Part shown: positions 1 through 9,932 of the stretch, one piece after another
Numbering within the stretch: the first letter of the stretch is position 1
How the letters are laid out: every line of letters begins with the position of its first letter
Made by a program: the position numbers and the translations under genes
Notes under the pieces: generated by a model
What the model was told of the DNA's origin: nothing
Database searches by the model: none
What the model saw: the letters and a program-made list of their open reading frames with translations, nothing else
Source: a virus
Lineage: Duplodnaviria > Heunggongvirae > Uroviricota > Caudoviricetes
Length of the DNA stretch: 64,000 nt
Strand: one strand, 5' to 3'
IMG/VR virus record: IMGVR_UViG_3300028583_002208

Positions 1-1336
1 AACCTCCCTTTCTCCCTGTTTTCTGTGGAGGTGGTAGGTTTATCTTATGTGAATAGTCTATCACTGCCTCATCAAACCATGTACTTTTTAAATATTCTGC
101 ACATTTCTTGTCACCTACTATAAGCTTCACTGGATGAGTGCTATCGTGTTTTCGTATACTTACTCTAGATACTGCTTGAAAGGTGTATTCTAAGTAATAA
201 CTGGTTATGTAAGCTTCTACAAAAGTTTCTTCTGGTAATTTGAAGTGTTCAGCTAAATCAACTAATAAATCTCTTGTAAATTTGTTGGGATTGTAAGAGA
301 ATAGACATACACAAGAGTGTACATCGGAAAACTTGTTTAATCCGTGTGTAATTACAGGTATTCTTTCTCCCAGAGGTAAATTTCTTTCCCTGTAGTTGTT
401 AAAAGAGTATATGTATTCCTCATCACCTACAATTTTATGAACTTCCTTCAACATCAATTCAAAGTTAGTAGATTCATTTTTATCTAGTAAGTTTCTGGAT
501 AAGTCTGCACTCTCTAGCATAGGGTATATAGTTATCTTACTGGTGTTCGGTATTTTATCGTACCTAAGTTTAATATTTTCAGCGTCCACCAAAGAAACCT
601 TGAATATTTTAGTCCACATCTGACCTACCATAGTTTTCTCTATGTTTGCTGCAATCAGTGTGACTGTCTTAAATGGATTGAATAATTCTAAAGGACTTAA
701 CACTTTCAAAAACATGTACCTACACTTGTTAGGGTCTTTTTCATCTTGCCATCTTTGAATAGCCCCTCCTAAAAGTAGGTATTCGTATGCATCAAGTACG
801 TTTTCCCTTAGACTGGAGTCTCTACTTTTCCTCATGTGCTCTAATCTCTCTTCCAGCTTCTTTCTTACACCCTGCTTTAGTCTGTACACCTCTCTAACCC
901 AAGACCCAGAAATTTTAACCCCTGTATTAGTTATGAATTGTTGTATGATGGTGGTTTCATCTTCTGAATACTGCTCGAAAGATGTAACTTCTATAAAACT
1001 GTTAGGTACTTCATCTACTATCAGCTCCCATTCAGAGAAATCATAACCTTGCTTATAGGTCATTTCTAATAATTTATGTGTTATTATAATAACTCTCGCT
1101 TCTTTCTCCTCTATTGCTTCTAGAAACCTACCCATCACACCATTAATATATTTCACTTCGGAATTAACTAGGAGTACACCACCTACCCCTAATTCTTTCA
1201 ATAATTTGTAAGTTTGTTTACCCAGTTCTTTAGAAATAGAAGCTATTATAAAATTACCACCTGACTCTCTTATATGTAAAGCCGCCCCATAAGTTTTCCC
1301 CAAAGAAGGGGCAGCCTCTTTTATATTTATTATCAA
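1..1336 (-). CDS. P-loop NTPase (Walker A and Walker B; helicase- or ATPase-like), 5'-partial and continuing beyond the window start; probable TTG start at 1336
   Basis: Open minus-strand frame of more than 440 codons with no stop from 1336 to position 1. Translation '...GKGLIINIKEAAPSLGKTYGAALHI...LIVDEVPNSF...' shows Walker A (AxxxxGKT) and Walker B (hhhhDE). The only in-frame start is TTG at 1336-1334, preceded by GGAGGA (plus 1344-1349). It is missing from the ORF track because it has no ATG. Confidence 0.5.
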   Translation of the reverse strand, partial: MIINIKEAAPSLGKTYGAALHIRESGGNFIIASISKELGKQTYKLLKELGVGGVLLVNSEVKYINGVMGRFLEAIEEKEARVIIITHKLLEMTYKQGYDFSEWELIVDEVPNSFIEVTSFEQYSEDETTIIQQFITNTGVKISGSWVREVYRLKQGVRKKLEERLEHMRKSRDSSLRENVLDAYEYLLLGGAIQRWQDEKDPNKCRYMFLKVLSPLELFNPFKTVTLIAANIEKTMVGQMWTKIFKVSLVDAENIKLRYDKIPNTSKITIYPMLESADLSRNLLDKNESTNFELMLKEVHKIVGDEEYIYSFNNYRERNLPLGERIPVITHGLNKFSDVHSCVCLFSYNPNKFTRDLLVDLAEHFKLPEETFVEAYITSYYLEYTFQAVSRVSIRKHDSTHPVKLIVGDKKCAEYLKSTWFDEAVIDYSHKINLPPPQKTGRKGG

Positions 1337-1354
1337 ACCCTTTCCTCCAACGAC

Positions 1355-1374
1355 AAAAAGCCCCTCACGGGGCT
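1355..1374 (-). terminator. Rho-independent terminator (minus orientation)
   Basis: Hairpin agcccc-tcac-ggggct at 1359-1374, followed on the minus strand by UUUUU (plus aaaaa 1355-1359). It lies directly downstream of the HTH gene(s). Confidence 0.55.
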
Positions 1375-1562
1375 AAATATTCATCCAAATCCTCTTTTGT
1401 ATAAAACTTATGATTAGAAGGTGTTCTCCTTGCCACAAGCTTTCCACTCTTAAAACTATTTACTTTTACCCAACCTTTCCTGAAATTCTTCCAAACTGGA
1501 AACCCTACCTTCTGCAATATCCTCTTTTGCCAACTCCATGAACACTTGCAAAGATTCTCCAT
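1365..1562 (-). CDS. Second, divergent MerR/excisionase-like HTH copy; its N-terminal third overlaps the C-terminus of the upstream gene in another frame
   Basis: C-terminal 'GKLVARRTPSNHKFYTKEDLDEYL' parallels 'GKFKARKNPSGHRFYTEGDLKRYV' of ORF 1456..1743. The N-terminal 30 aa are W/C-rich, as expected for out-of-frame reading of the neighbour, so the true start is uncertain. Confidence 0.3.
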   Translation of the reverse strand: MENLCKCSWSWQKRILQKVGFPVWKNFRKGWVKVNSFKSGKLVARRTPSNHKFYTKEDLDEYLAP

Positions 1563-1743
1563 CTAGTAGAATGTAATCTTTCCCTTCTACATAACGTTTT
1601 AAATCCCCCTCAGTATAAAACCTATGCCCACTAGGGTTTTTCCTTGCCTTAAATTTCCCCTCTTCGTCCCATCGGACAAGTGTACGTTCTGAAACCTTGA
1701 TTAATTGTGCAAATTCTTTCTGTTTATAAATTTTATCTGTCAT
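1456..1743 (-). CDS. MerR/excisionase-family HTH DNA-binding protein
   Basis: 'EFAQLIKVSERTLVRWDEEGKFKARKNPSGHRFYTEGDL' matches the HTH_17/excisionase-type helix-turn-helix pattern. Confidence 0.55.
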   Translation of the reverse strand: MTDKIYKQKEFAQLIKVSERTLVRWDEEGKFKARKNPSGHRFYTEGDLKRYVEGKDYILLDGESLQVFMELAKEDIAEGRVSSLEEFQERLGKSK

Positions 1744-1789
1744 AAATGTTCCTATTTTGTTATGGTATTCTTATATTGTATAGGGATTG

Positions 1790-2620
1790 TCATTGTTTGT
1801 CAACCACTCTTTTCCTAGCCAAGTTTATATAACTTTCATCCATTTCTATACCTATGAAATCTCTTTTTAAATTATCAGAGGCAACACCAGTACTGCCGCT
1901 ACCCATGAAAGGGTCTAATATGACATCTCCTTCTTCAGAAAACGCTTTTATAAACCATTCAGGAAGTTGCCAAGGAAATACTGCAGGATGTGCCTTCTCT
2001 ATTGCATGTTGATTCACTTTCTGTGGCATATGTATGTGGTTACTTGGTAAGGCTAGGTTAGAGGTTATTTCCTTCCTCATTCCAGCAAAACCACTACCAT
2101 TCTTCGACTCTCCGCAAGCCTTCCTTTTGTACCTTTTCTTACTTTCTTCTGTGGCCTCTGTAGCTACATTGTAGGGAAAATGTTTATAACCTTTTTCTTT
2201 GGTAAAGTGGTATATAGGTTCGTGCGCGTTTTTAAACCTGCCTATAAACTTCCCTGCAACTCCTAATTTAGTCCAACAGAATTCATCTGTGTACCTGAAA
2301 CCTACATCTTCTTTTAAGGCTATAACTAATTTCATGACATAAAGATCCCTTTCCCCTTTATCACAGTGTGCCTTTATATTCAAGAAAAAGCTACCTGTAG
2401 GTGACAGTACTCTCTTTATCTCTACTGCCACTTCCTTGAACCAGTCTACGTACTTAGAAGAATGATAACCTTCGTAACAATTCTTTCTCCTATCTGCATA
2501 AGGCGGAGAAGTGAATATCATATCAACACTCCCATCAGGAATCTCTTTCATCCTTTCTAAACAGTCTCCCTGCATTAACCAAATGTCATTACCTTTCTCG
2601 CTTGTATATTTATAATCCAC
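1790..2620 (-). CDS. DNA methyltransferase, beta-class (N4-cytosine or N6-adenine), orphan
   Basis: Motif IV 'MIFTSPPYADRR' near the N-terminus, and AdoMet motif I 'LDPFMGSGSTGVAS' near the C-terminus. No cognate restriction-enzyme ORF is adjacent. Confidence 0.8.
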   Translation of the reverse strand: MDYKYTSEKGNDIWLMQGDCLERMKEIPDGSVDMIFTSPPYADRRKNCYEGYHSSKYVDWFKEVAVEIKRVLSPTGSFFLNIKAHCDKGERDLYVMKLVIALKEDVGFRYTDEFCWTKLGVAGKFIGRFKNAHEPIYHFTKEKGYKHFPYNVATEATEESKKRYKRKACGESKNGSGFAGMRKEITSNLALPSNHIHMPQKVNQHAIEKAHPAVFPWQLPEWFIKAFSEEGDVILDPFMGSGSTGVASDNLKRDFIGIEMDESYINLARKRVVDKQ

Positions 2621-2631
2621 TTAATATCCTC

Positions 2632-2964
2632 CTACTTAACCCCAGCCACAACCCTTTCCAAATGTTCCTTTCTCAACACTTGAATACGATTTTGTGCCAT
2701 ACGAAATATTTCTGCATCATGATTCTTAGGTACAATGTCTCCATTAATCATAACATCTACTACATCCTTTATACTATGATACCAACTAATGTATAAAGTG
2801 TTTCCTTTATCATCTTTAAATTTAACAGAAGGTATACTTCTAGATGAAGTGTTATCTTCTACAATTTCTCCATTATTAATAATATCCTTTGCACAAAGTA
2901 ATGCTTTACTTAAAGTGTCCTCTTCCTTTGAAAACAAGGATATTATTCTTTTTACAATATTCAT
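2632..2964 (-). CDS. hypothetical protein
   Basis: 110-aa ORF in operon-like tandem with its neighbours. Confidence 0.4.
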   Translation of the reverse strand: MNIVKRIISLFSKEEDTLSKALLCAKDIINNGEIVEDNTSSRSIPSVKFKDDKGNTLYISWYHSIKDVVDVMINGDIVPKNHDAEIFRMAQNRIQVLRKEHLERVVAGVK

Positions 2965-2976
2965 ATTATTTCTCCT

Positions 2977-3888
2977 CTAATTCAACATTTTCGTATCAGC
3001 AATTCTTTTCATAATATCTACTTTACTGCCAATACTTTCTTCCGCCTCTTTAAACTTATTTATAATTTGCAAATTAAGTTCTTCGTGACGTTTAGCACTA
3101 TTTTCTAATCGTAACAGTTGCTCTTTTGACTTAACCTGTCTACCAATAGCCCCTAGTTGAGCCGCTGCAGCACTTTCTCGGTTTTCCTCACGTATCACAC
3201 CACAGAGTTCTTCTAAGTCTGCACAAGTGGTGTTCAACTCTTCTAATTCATTCAATGTTACTAGAATACTTAGACCATCATCAAGTTGTGCTTTTAATTT
3301 AGGCTGCAATGCCACTATTTGGTGAACAGACACTTGTGCTGCTTGAATTGTATTCTTGGCAGATTGCATATTCTCTTTCATAATGGTTTGATACTCTAAT
3401 AATTCCGCAAGAAGAGTGTTTACATTAAACAATTCTGCCTTTTCAAACTCATTATTATCTATTGATAGGCGTATATCATCAGTGAGGGTAACTGTATCTT
3501 GGTAAGTGGTTTCAATGTTGTCATAAAGTTGAAATAAGCTACCTACAATCGATTCTACTGCATCTCTCTTGTTGCTCACTGCATCCATTAGGTTCTTTGT
3601 CACCTCAGATACACTACTACCTTTTGCAGCAGCTTTTTCTATGTTCTCCTCTACTTGGTTCACTGTATCCACAAAGGGGATCATACCTCTTAGTTTAGAT
3701 ATAAACCCGCTCTCTTCTTTCTTACGATGTAATATTTTTAATTTAGCTAAACTACTGGCAATGAGTTCCGCAGTTTCACCTGCACTGATTAGTTTGGCAT
3801 TATCTGCTATCGCACTAGAATGTGTACTTGACGCTTGCATAAGCTCGTCTCTTTTCTTACGTAATACTTGTGATCTTGTTAATTCCAT
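2977..3888 (-). CDS. Coiled-coil protein, possibly TelA/KlaA-like
   Basis: 303 aa, highly helical, with E/K/L-rich heptad-like periodicity. Weak resemblance to the TelA toxic-anion-resistance family, not verified. Confidence 0.3.
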   Translation of the reverse strand: MELTRSQVLRKKRDELMQASSTHSSAIADNAKLISAGETAELIASSLAKLKILHRKKEESGFISKLRGMIPFVDTVNQVEENIEKAAAKGSSVSEVTKNLMDAVSNKRDAVESIVGSLFQLYDNIETTYQDTVTLTDDIRLSIDNNEFEKAELFNVNTLLAELLEYQTIMKENMQSAKNTIQAAQVSVHQIVALQPKLKAQLDDGLSILVTLNELEELNTTCADLEELCGVIREENRESAAAAQLGAIGRQVKSKEQLLRLENSAKRHEELNLQIINKFKEAEESIGSKVDIMKRIADTKMLN

Positions 3889-3911
3889 AAAACACCTCTT
3901 CTGTAAATTAT

Positions 3912-4586
3912 TTAAATCTTGTTCAACCAGTTTGTAACAAACCTTTCTAAATGTGTAGGTTTCTCTTCTATAATTTTAAAATTAATAGCGGATTTCTCAC
4001 ACAACCCTTTTACAAACTCACTTTTTGTATGTATTTCAACCTCCTCTTCAAGGACAACACCTATTTTCAGTAGTTTATCATAAATCACTTCAGAAATGTT
4101 GTAGGTTTTCTTATTCCTTGAGTCTCCATAAAACCTTTCTAAACTTCTCATGCAAACCTCTGCTAGACTTTCCAGTAAAGCTTCCTCTCCCTTCCATGTG
4201 TCGTCCTCATAAGAATACCTGCCCAAAGAATTATTAACCATCTTCCAAATGGTAGGATATCTTGCCTTATTAGATATCTTGGATAAATCAGAGTTAGCTC
4301 GCTCCAAAGGACATTCCATCGGTGCATACTTGTTACTATCATAGAAAGGTAATTTTAGTATTGCAGGAGAATCTAACTCCTCTGCTAACAGGAGTAAGTC
4401 TTTCATATCTTCCATGTGGACTTTTATACTTAATACCACTGGAGTTTTATCTGTCACTTTATCGTGTAATACTACCAAATCCCATAACTTATCTGTGTAA
4501 GTTTTAGACAAAGAAAGTATTAATTCTTCTAAAGAAGGTTCTTCCTTAAAATCTCTTTTTGAGTATTCTTTTTTCACCTTAATCAA
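3912..4586 (-). CDS. hypothetical protein
   Basis: 224-aa ORF; stop overlaps the downstream start. Confidence 0.45.
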   Translation of the reverse strand: MIKVKKEYSKRDFKEEPSLEELILSLSKTYTDKLWDLVVLHDKVTDKTPVVLSIKVHMEDMKDLLLLAEELDSPAILKLPFYDSNKYAPMECPLERANSDLSKISNKARYPTIWKMVNNSLGRYSYEDDTWKGEEALLESLAEVCMRSLERFYGDSRNKKTYNISEVIYDKLLKIGVVLEEEVEIHTKSEFVKGLCEKSAINFKIIEEKPTHLERFVTNWLNKI

Positions 4587-4966
4587 TCCTTATCCCGTCT
4601 ACTCAAAAACACAGTTTCATCTGTACATACTACAGAACAACTTCCCGCATGTAAACCTTTAATCAACAATTCACCTAACTCAACACCCTTTTGTTTAATT
4701 TCATCTTGTGTCCGAGGGAATCTTGGGTAATTGATGATCCTCACCACCATACCACTCTCTTCCTCCATAGTGTATACATAATGCACAGGTTCAATTGACA
4801 CACAGAACCCTTGTAAACAATACTCTCTCAGAAGTTGTTTTGCCACAGGAATATCACCTGCAATGTATATTTCCGCTGTGTACGTAGTACATGTTAACCT
4901 TTTCATATTTTCTCCTCTACTCTGTAGATTAAAGTTTTCATGTTCACCTTTAATGAATCTCATCAC
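4583..4966 (-). CDS. hypothetical protein
   Basis: 127-aa ORF; start overlaps the upstream stop (ATGA-type coupling). Confidence 0.4.
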   Translation of the reverse strand: MMRFIKGEHENFNLQSRGENMKRLTCTTYTAEIYIAGDIPVAKQLLREYCLQGFCVSIEPVHYVYTMEEESGMVVRIINYPRFPRTQDEIKQKGVELGELLIKGLHAGSCSVVCTDETVFLSRRDKD

Positions 4967-5578
4967 TTACTTCAAAAACTTCCTTAATTTCTAAACCAGC
5001 ATCTTCCCACTTCCTGTAAGCACTAACTGCTTCCCTCCAACGGGCGAACACCTCTTTTGAAGGAGGTGTCTCATTTTCTAATGCTTCTACTAAGGCTAGT
5101 TGGTCTTCTTCACTTAATTTTAATTCTTTCATATTAATATCCTCTATAAATTTTCCACTTAGTTTTCCAATCCATGTTCTCTAAATCTTCAACACTTTCA
5201 AAATGTGCAATTAACTTGCGTTTACGACCCTCCCTTCTTGACCTAACATTACCTTGATCAAAAGTAAAAACTCTGCTACCAAGGCTGACATTGTAACAAC
5301 CTTGATCCTCCGACCTATAAGCTTCCACTTCCATATTTTCAAACTTAATCTTTTGAAGTAGGATATATGTTACAACAACCATTACCAAAAGTATATAACT
5401 CATGTTCAATCCTCCAAAAATACCCACTCATACTCATCAATAGGGTAATACTCCAATGCTTCTTTTAATGTGAGTTTATCTTCGTCCCATTCTCCATCGG
5501 GAAAGAATTGGAACATTGTACCTACACCTTCTGACCATTGGTATTTATAACAAATGAAACCTACTTCTCTTTTACCAT

Positions 5579-5971
5579 TCATAAACATTCTCCCACAATA
5601 CCACACCATTCCCGAAATACCACCCACTTATCAAAAGTTTCTCTGTCCACTTCAATAAATTCCACTTCATCTAAGGACATCACTTTTACAATTTCTGTTG
5701 CTGCTGCTAAAACCTCCCTTAACTTCCACAACATACCCTCAGTGTCTTCTCTTGTAAAAATATTTGAATTTGGTTCATAATCGAACACTTTACCAAGTAT
5801 TTTATATTCAAAAGGGGTTATTAACACATCTGTGTGCAGTATATTATCAACATAAGGATTACTATGATTGTAGGGTACAGAAAACTTCAACACAAAAGGT
5901 TTCTCCTCCTGTTCATGAAAATTAAAATCTTTGAACAAAGGTTGATTTTTGATTCTAATGTTATTTAGCAT
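5579..5971 (-). CDS. hypothetical protein
   Basis: 130-aa ORF in a co-directional array. Confidence 0.4.
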   Translation of the reverse strand: MLNNIRIKNQPLFKDFNFHEQEEKPFVLKFSVPYNHSNPYVDNILHTDVLITPFEYKILGKVFDYEPNSNIFTREDTEGMLWKLREVLAAATEIVKVMSLDEVEFIEVDRETFDKWVVFREWCGIVGECL

Positions 5972-6219
5972 AATCCGATTCCTCTATAGCAGGCATTTCT
6001 ACCCAACGTATAAGTGATGGCATAGAGAATAGACCTCTATCAACAAATTCGGCTTTTCTGACACCATCCTCTTTCCTTGCATAGAAGAATATATCCCAAT
6101 AAACATTTTCACCAGACTTAACTAATCCTAGGAAGTCTCTATTTTTAGGAGGGTTCTTTTTATTCATAATCGCACCTTAATACAAGTTTTATCTTTCACA
6201 TATGTTAAATCTAATTCTT

Positions 6220-6831
6220 TCATAATATTTCTCCTAGGGTTTCCAAGGTTTCAAGTTCTTGTATAAGTTTTAATTCTTCATCACTAAGTGTTACTGTCTC
6301 CACATTGTATTCCTCTAATAAGAGTAGTTTATTTTTCAATTCAAGTAAATACTTGTGTTCATAAGTATCTTCATAAGATAGACAAGGATCTTCGTTTAAT
6401 AACAGTGATTCTATATGGAAAGATTCTTGTCTAGTACGTAGTTTTCCCTGCACGTCAATAGTTTGTGTTGTGTAAGGTATCTCTCTTAAGTTGTTATAAG
6501 AAGGCCAATTAGCAAATAGTAAACCTGCGGGTAACGTGATATCTACTTCCTTCTTTAATTTCACAGACTTATAACTACGACAAGTATCCCAAAATAAGCT
6601 CTCCACCATTTTATTTTTGTATTCTTCCTGCAAGAAGATTTCTCTTAATTGCTCATCAGAATATTTCTTTAGGAAACTCTCCACTTCCCCTTTTAGAGCT
6701 TTATTCTGAAAGGATATTTCCTTATTAGCTTCTTCTGCTGCGATATTATAATCTTCTATCAAACTTTTCCATTTTACCATGAGGTTTTCCACTCGTAGTG
6801 ATACATCTTCCACTTGGAAGGTAGCTTCCAT
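6220..6831 (-). CDS. hypothetical protein
   Basis: 203-aa ORF. Confidence 0.4.
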   Translation of the reverse strand: MEATFQVEDVSLRVENLMVKWKSLIEDYNIAAEEANKEISFQNKALKGEVESFLKKYSDEQLREIFLQEEYKNKMVESLFWDTCRSYKSVKLKKEVDITLPAGLLFANWPSYNNLREIPYTTQTIDVQGKLRTRQESFHIESLLLNEDPCLSYEDTYEHKYLLELKNKLLLLEEYNVETVTLSDEELKLIQELETLETLGEIL

Positions 6832-6875
6832 AATATTTCTCCTCTTAAATAACTATTGTGTGAATGATAGACCTA

Positions 6876-7334
6876 TTAGCCGCAAGTGTCAACACTTTTA
6901 TAAAACGTATTCACAAAATCTGCTTGTTCTGGGTTAAGGTAAACTGGTGACCCTGCTTGCACTAGGGTTTTTAAAGTTTTATAAAGCTCCTTCTTGGTGT
7001 AGTGGTTGTCATACTTCTCTACGGTACGGTATTTATACAAAGTCTCTTTGTCGATAAGTCCGATTTTATAAAACTTATATAAATAACTGAAGTAAAAATC
7101 AGGGTCTTTTATCGTGATCAGGTGCGAGTACTTGCAAAGGTAAACCTTCTCCCAACTTTCACCCCTACTATCACATTTGAAGTTTTCCCACCAAGTAAGG
7201 TCACCCACTTCTTCTGCGAGTTTGTCTTGACAACCTTTCTCTATTTTTAAATACTCTTCCTTCAAAATTTTATAATTTTCCAAAGCATTCTCAATCTTCT
7301 GGTTATCAACCAGCACAGCACCATTAAACTCCAT
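6876..7334 (-). CDS. hypothetical protein
   Basis: 152-aa ORF. Confidence 0.4.
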   Translation of the reverse strand: MEFNGAVLVDNQKIENALENYKILKEEYLKIEKGCQDKLAEEVGDLTWWENFKCDSRGESWEKVYLCKYSHLITIKDPDFYFSYLYKFYKIGLIDKETLYKYRTVEKYDNHYTKKELYKTLKTLVQAGSPVYLNPEQADFVNTFYKSVDTCG

Positions 7335-7336
7335 AA

Positions 7337-7753
7337 CTACTCTCCTTCTAAAAGTTTTAATAATTCATTGCGGGTAACTTCATCCACTTCCACCTCAATT
7401 TCATTCACTTCGTCAACATGCTGAAACTTTGGTTGAAGGTGGTTCTTACTCGCCCACTGTGTGATCATCTCTGTCAATTCATCTCGTTGAGGTGTGGTGA
7501 CATAATCTAACCACCCTTCCGCAAATTCACCTACTTCGTCACAAGCGTTATTCTCTGCCATATCAAGCATGTAATCTACATCGATATAATCGGACATGTA
7601 TTTCTTAACAGGGACACCTTCATAAAGGAACACACTTTTTACAGCGAGTAATTCTTCTTTGGTGAAGTCTTCTAAGAATTGGTAAACAATTTCATCGACA
7701 TCTTCTGATGCATCGTTCCAATCATTTTCACATAAGTTATAAATTTTATTCAT
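7337..7753 (-). CDS. hypothetical acidic protein
   Basis: 138 aa, D/E-rich. Confidence 0.4.
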   Translation of the reverse strand: MNKIYNLCENDWNDASEDVDEIVYQFLEDFTKEELLAVKSVFLYEGVPVKKYMSDYIDVDYMLDMAENNACDEVGEFAEGWLDYVTTPQRDELTEMITQWASKNHLQPKFQHVDEVNEIEVEVDEVTRNELLKLLEGE

Positions 7754-8109
7754 TTGTGTTCTCCTCTTTGAGAACTGCTTCCTGAATGTAACCTTCTTTT
7801 ATTAAAACTTCCAGTAATATTCTACTGTCTGTTAAATTAAATTCTTCAGTGGTGAACAGCACTTTAGATACGGTTTTGTGTATAATTTCAACACATTTTT
7901 CTTTATTCACGATTTTCCTCTCAATTCTTCTAAAGGGGTGCATTGCCAAAAGTCTTCCACATAACCTGCAAATTCACCTTTGATGTAAACTACATCTTCT
8001 CCACAATTGTTATTGTAATCAATGCGGATATCATTGTAGGTTATATTTAATATTCGGCAGAGTTCCTGTATTAAAGTTTTATTTCTCATTCACCCAAAAA
8101 CTCCTTTCA

Positions 8110-8520
8110 TTAATATTCAAACACTTTAACAGGTTTCCCCAGTTTTGTCATGTAATTTATCATATCTTTCGTACCACGAGACTTCTTATTCCAAAAGGCA
8201 ATCAAATGCGTGGCAGTGTTTCCCATTGCGTGATTACGATCCATTCCCGCTTTGGCATTGTACTCTTTTCCAAACTTATTAATTTTAATAACAGCGTCTG
8301 GTGCAGAAGTGTCATCCCACTTCGGGATAAAGTATTCTATTTGCACACCATCTTCTTTGTGAAGTTTGTACCACTCTTCCCCGCAAGTGTCACCACCTGC
8401 GGCCTTGCCGCAAATGATGGTTATTTCGGATTTAGGAGTGTTTTTTGTCATGTGGTCAATACATTTGAAACCGTATTCAAAATTTGAAAAGGTTCTTCCT
8501 CCTGCGATGATTAGTCTCAT
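8110..8520 (-). CDS. SLOG-superfamily protein (DUF2493/YspA-like, phage-associated LOG/DprA-like fold)
   Basis: 'MRLIIAGGRTFSNFEYGF...ITIICGKAAGGDTCGEEWY...NHAMGNTATHLIAFWNKKSRGTKDM' fits the DUF2493 pattern (GxR...GGAxGAD...RN..M). The likely start ATG at 8520 overlaps the helicase TGA (ATGA). The ORF track extends to 8556. Confidence 0.5.
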   Translation of the reverse strand: MRLIIAGGRTFSNFEYGFKCIDHMTKNTPKSEITIICGKAAGGDTCGEEWYKLHKEDGVQIEYFIPKWDDTSAPDAVIKINKFGKEYNAKAGMDRNHAMGNTATHLIAFWNKKSRGTKDMINYMTKLGKPVKVFEY

Positions 8521-9869
8521 ATGTAATCCTTGTAGAACTCCACAGCATGAGGACAAACCTTGATATCAGATTTTCTCAGTGGACGTACTAAATATAAATC
8601 TTCCAGACTACGAGTACGACTTAACATAACATACGCTTGTCCTTCTGCAAAGCAACCTGACTCGAAATCTACTATAACTTTGTAAAGTGTCTTACCTTGA
8701 GTTTTATTGGCGGTTAATCCACTACTACCAACTAAACCTATTTGCTCAAAACTACCAACCTCTCTCGTCTTTAATTCATCATTATCATCTGTGTAATACT
8801 CTATCTCCGTATCTTTTGCATACTCTACCATTACCTCTTCATCGTTCCTGTCTAATTTAACTATGACAGCTTCGGGGAGTGTCATAATAACAGTACCTGT
8901 ATCTCCGTTTACGAAACATTTTTCTGGTTCAGGATCGTTTTTCAATATCATAACCTTTAAACCTTCTTTTAGTCTTAATATCTCTGGTAAATTAGTATTG
9001 TTTTTATTAAACCTACCCTTGGTCTTAGAATGATATAACCATTCTGGATTAGTATTTCTGGCGTAAATTATCGCATTTACCTTAGCCACTTGTTTATTTG
9101 TAGTTGCTACGTATATAGCATCTTTAGGCATATCTGATTTAGGTGTAACCCTTTGGTTAAAGTAAGGTACAGCTATATCAAGTTCTTGTCCGAAACGTAT
9201 ACGTTGTAAATTATCTTGAAACTCCTTATCTTCACCCGCACGTTTGTTTTGGTCTAACACTACCACCTCAAAACCATAGTTCTTGAAGATATCGCTTGCC
9301 ATAAGCTTAGTAGTACCATACTTACTCTCTATAAGCATAGCCTCTTGTGACCTGCTTTTAACTACATTGCCCAGTTGAGTAGGGTCTCCAAACAGGATAG
9401 GTACAGTTTTCTTGTGTTTAGATGTTTTACTGATCCTAGTTATCCTTTGAAAATATGCATCAATAGTGTGAGGGCCTAACATGCTGAACTCATCTGTCAC
9501 TATACGTTTTATAGGGTGATTCTTTTTAAATAAAGCTTTATAAGCAGACCAAACTTTCTTCATATTATCTTTTGTCGGTATTTCTCTAGGAAGTGAAAGG
9601 AGGGAATAACAAGTCACTCCTTCTATATCCACCGCAGACGCTCCTGTTGTACTGGTAAAGGCTGTACTCTCTGCTGCAAAAGCTTTTAATCCTAAAATTA
9701 CATAAGACTTACCACCGCCCCCTAAGCCACTGATAATTAAGGGTTTTTTAGCTTCCATAGCTTTTTCAAACGCTATTAATTGGTTAGGGTACAATGTATC
9801 TTTGTAAGATTCCAATCCAAGTTCCCGTATTCTCTCTACTTCTGTCATAACATCTCCTCTCATTAACAA
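8517..9869 (-). CDS. dda: Dda/RecD-like SF1B DNA helicase
   Basis: Walker A 'ISGLGGGGKSYVIL'; motif II 'RIVTDEFSMLG'; motif III 'FGDPTQLGNV'; motif VI 'VMLSRTRSLEDLYLV'. Confidence 0.8.
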   Translation of the reverse strand: MLMRGDVMTEVERIRELGLESYKDTLYPNQLIAFEKAMEAKKPLIISGLGGGGKSYVILGLKAFAAESTAFTSTTGASAVDIEGVTCYSLLSLPREIPTKDNMKKVWSAYKALFKKNHPIKRIVTDEFSMLGPHTIDAYFQRITRISKTSKHKKTVPILFGDPTQLGNVVKSRSQEAMLIESKYGTTKLMASDIFKNYGFEVVVLDQNKRAGEDKEFQDNLQRIRFGQELDIAVPYFNQRVTPKSDMPKDAIYVATTNKQVAKVNAIIYARNTNPEWLYHSKTKGRFNKNNTNLPEILRLKEGLKVMILKNDPEPEKCFVNGDTGTVIMTLPEAVIVKLDRNDEEVMVEYAKDTEIEYYTDDNDELKTREVGSFEQIGLVGSSGLTANKTQGKTLYKVIVDFESGCFAEGQAYVMLSRTRSLEDLYLVRPLRKSDIKVCPHAVEFYKDYI

Positions 9870-9878
9870 TAAACCTTA

Positions 9879-9906
9879 ATTCTACACTAATATTCCCACA
9901 AGTCAA
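9879..9906 (-). promoter_or_regulatory. sigma70-like promoter for the leftward helicase operon
   Basis: Minus strand: TTGACT (plus 9901-9906), 16-nt spacer, TAGAAT (plus 9879-9884). RBS GAGGAG sits just before the start at 9869. Confidence 0.45.
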
Positions 9907-9932
9907 CACCTTGTTTAAAAGTATTTTCCCTG

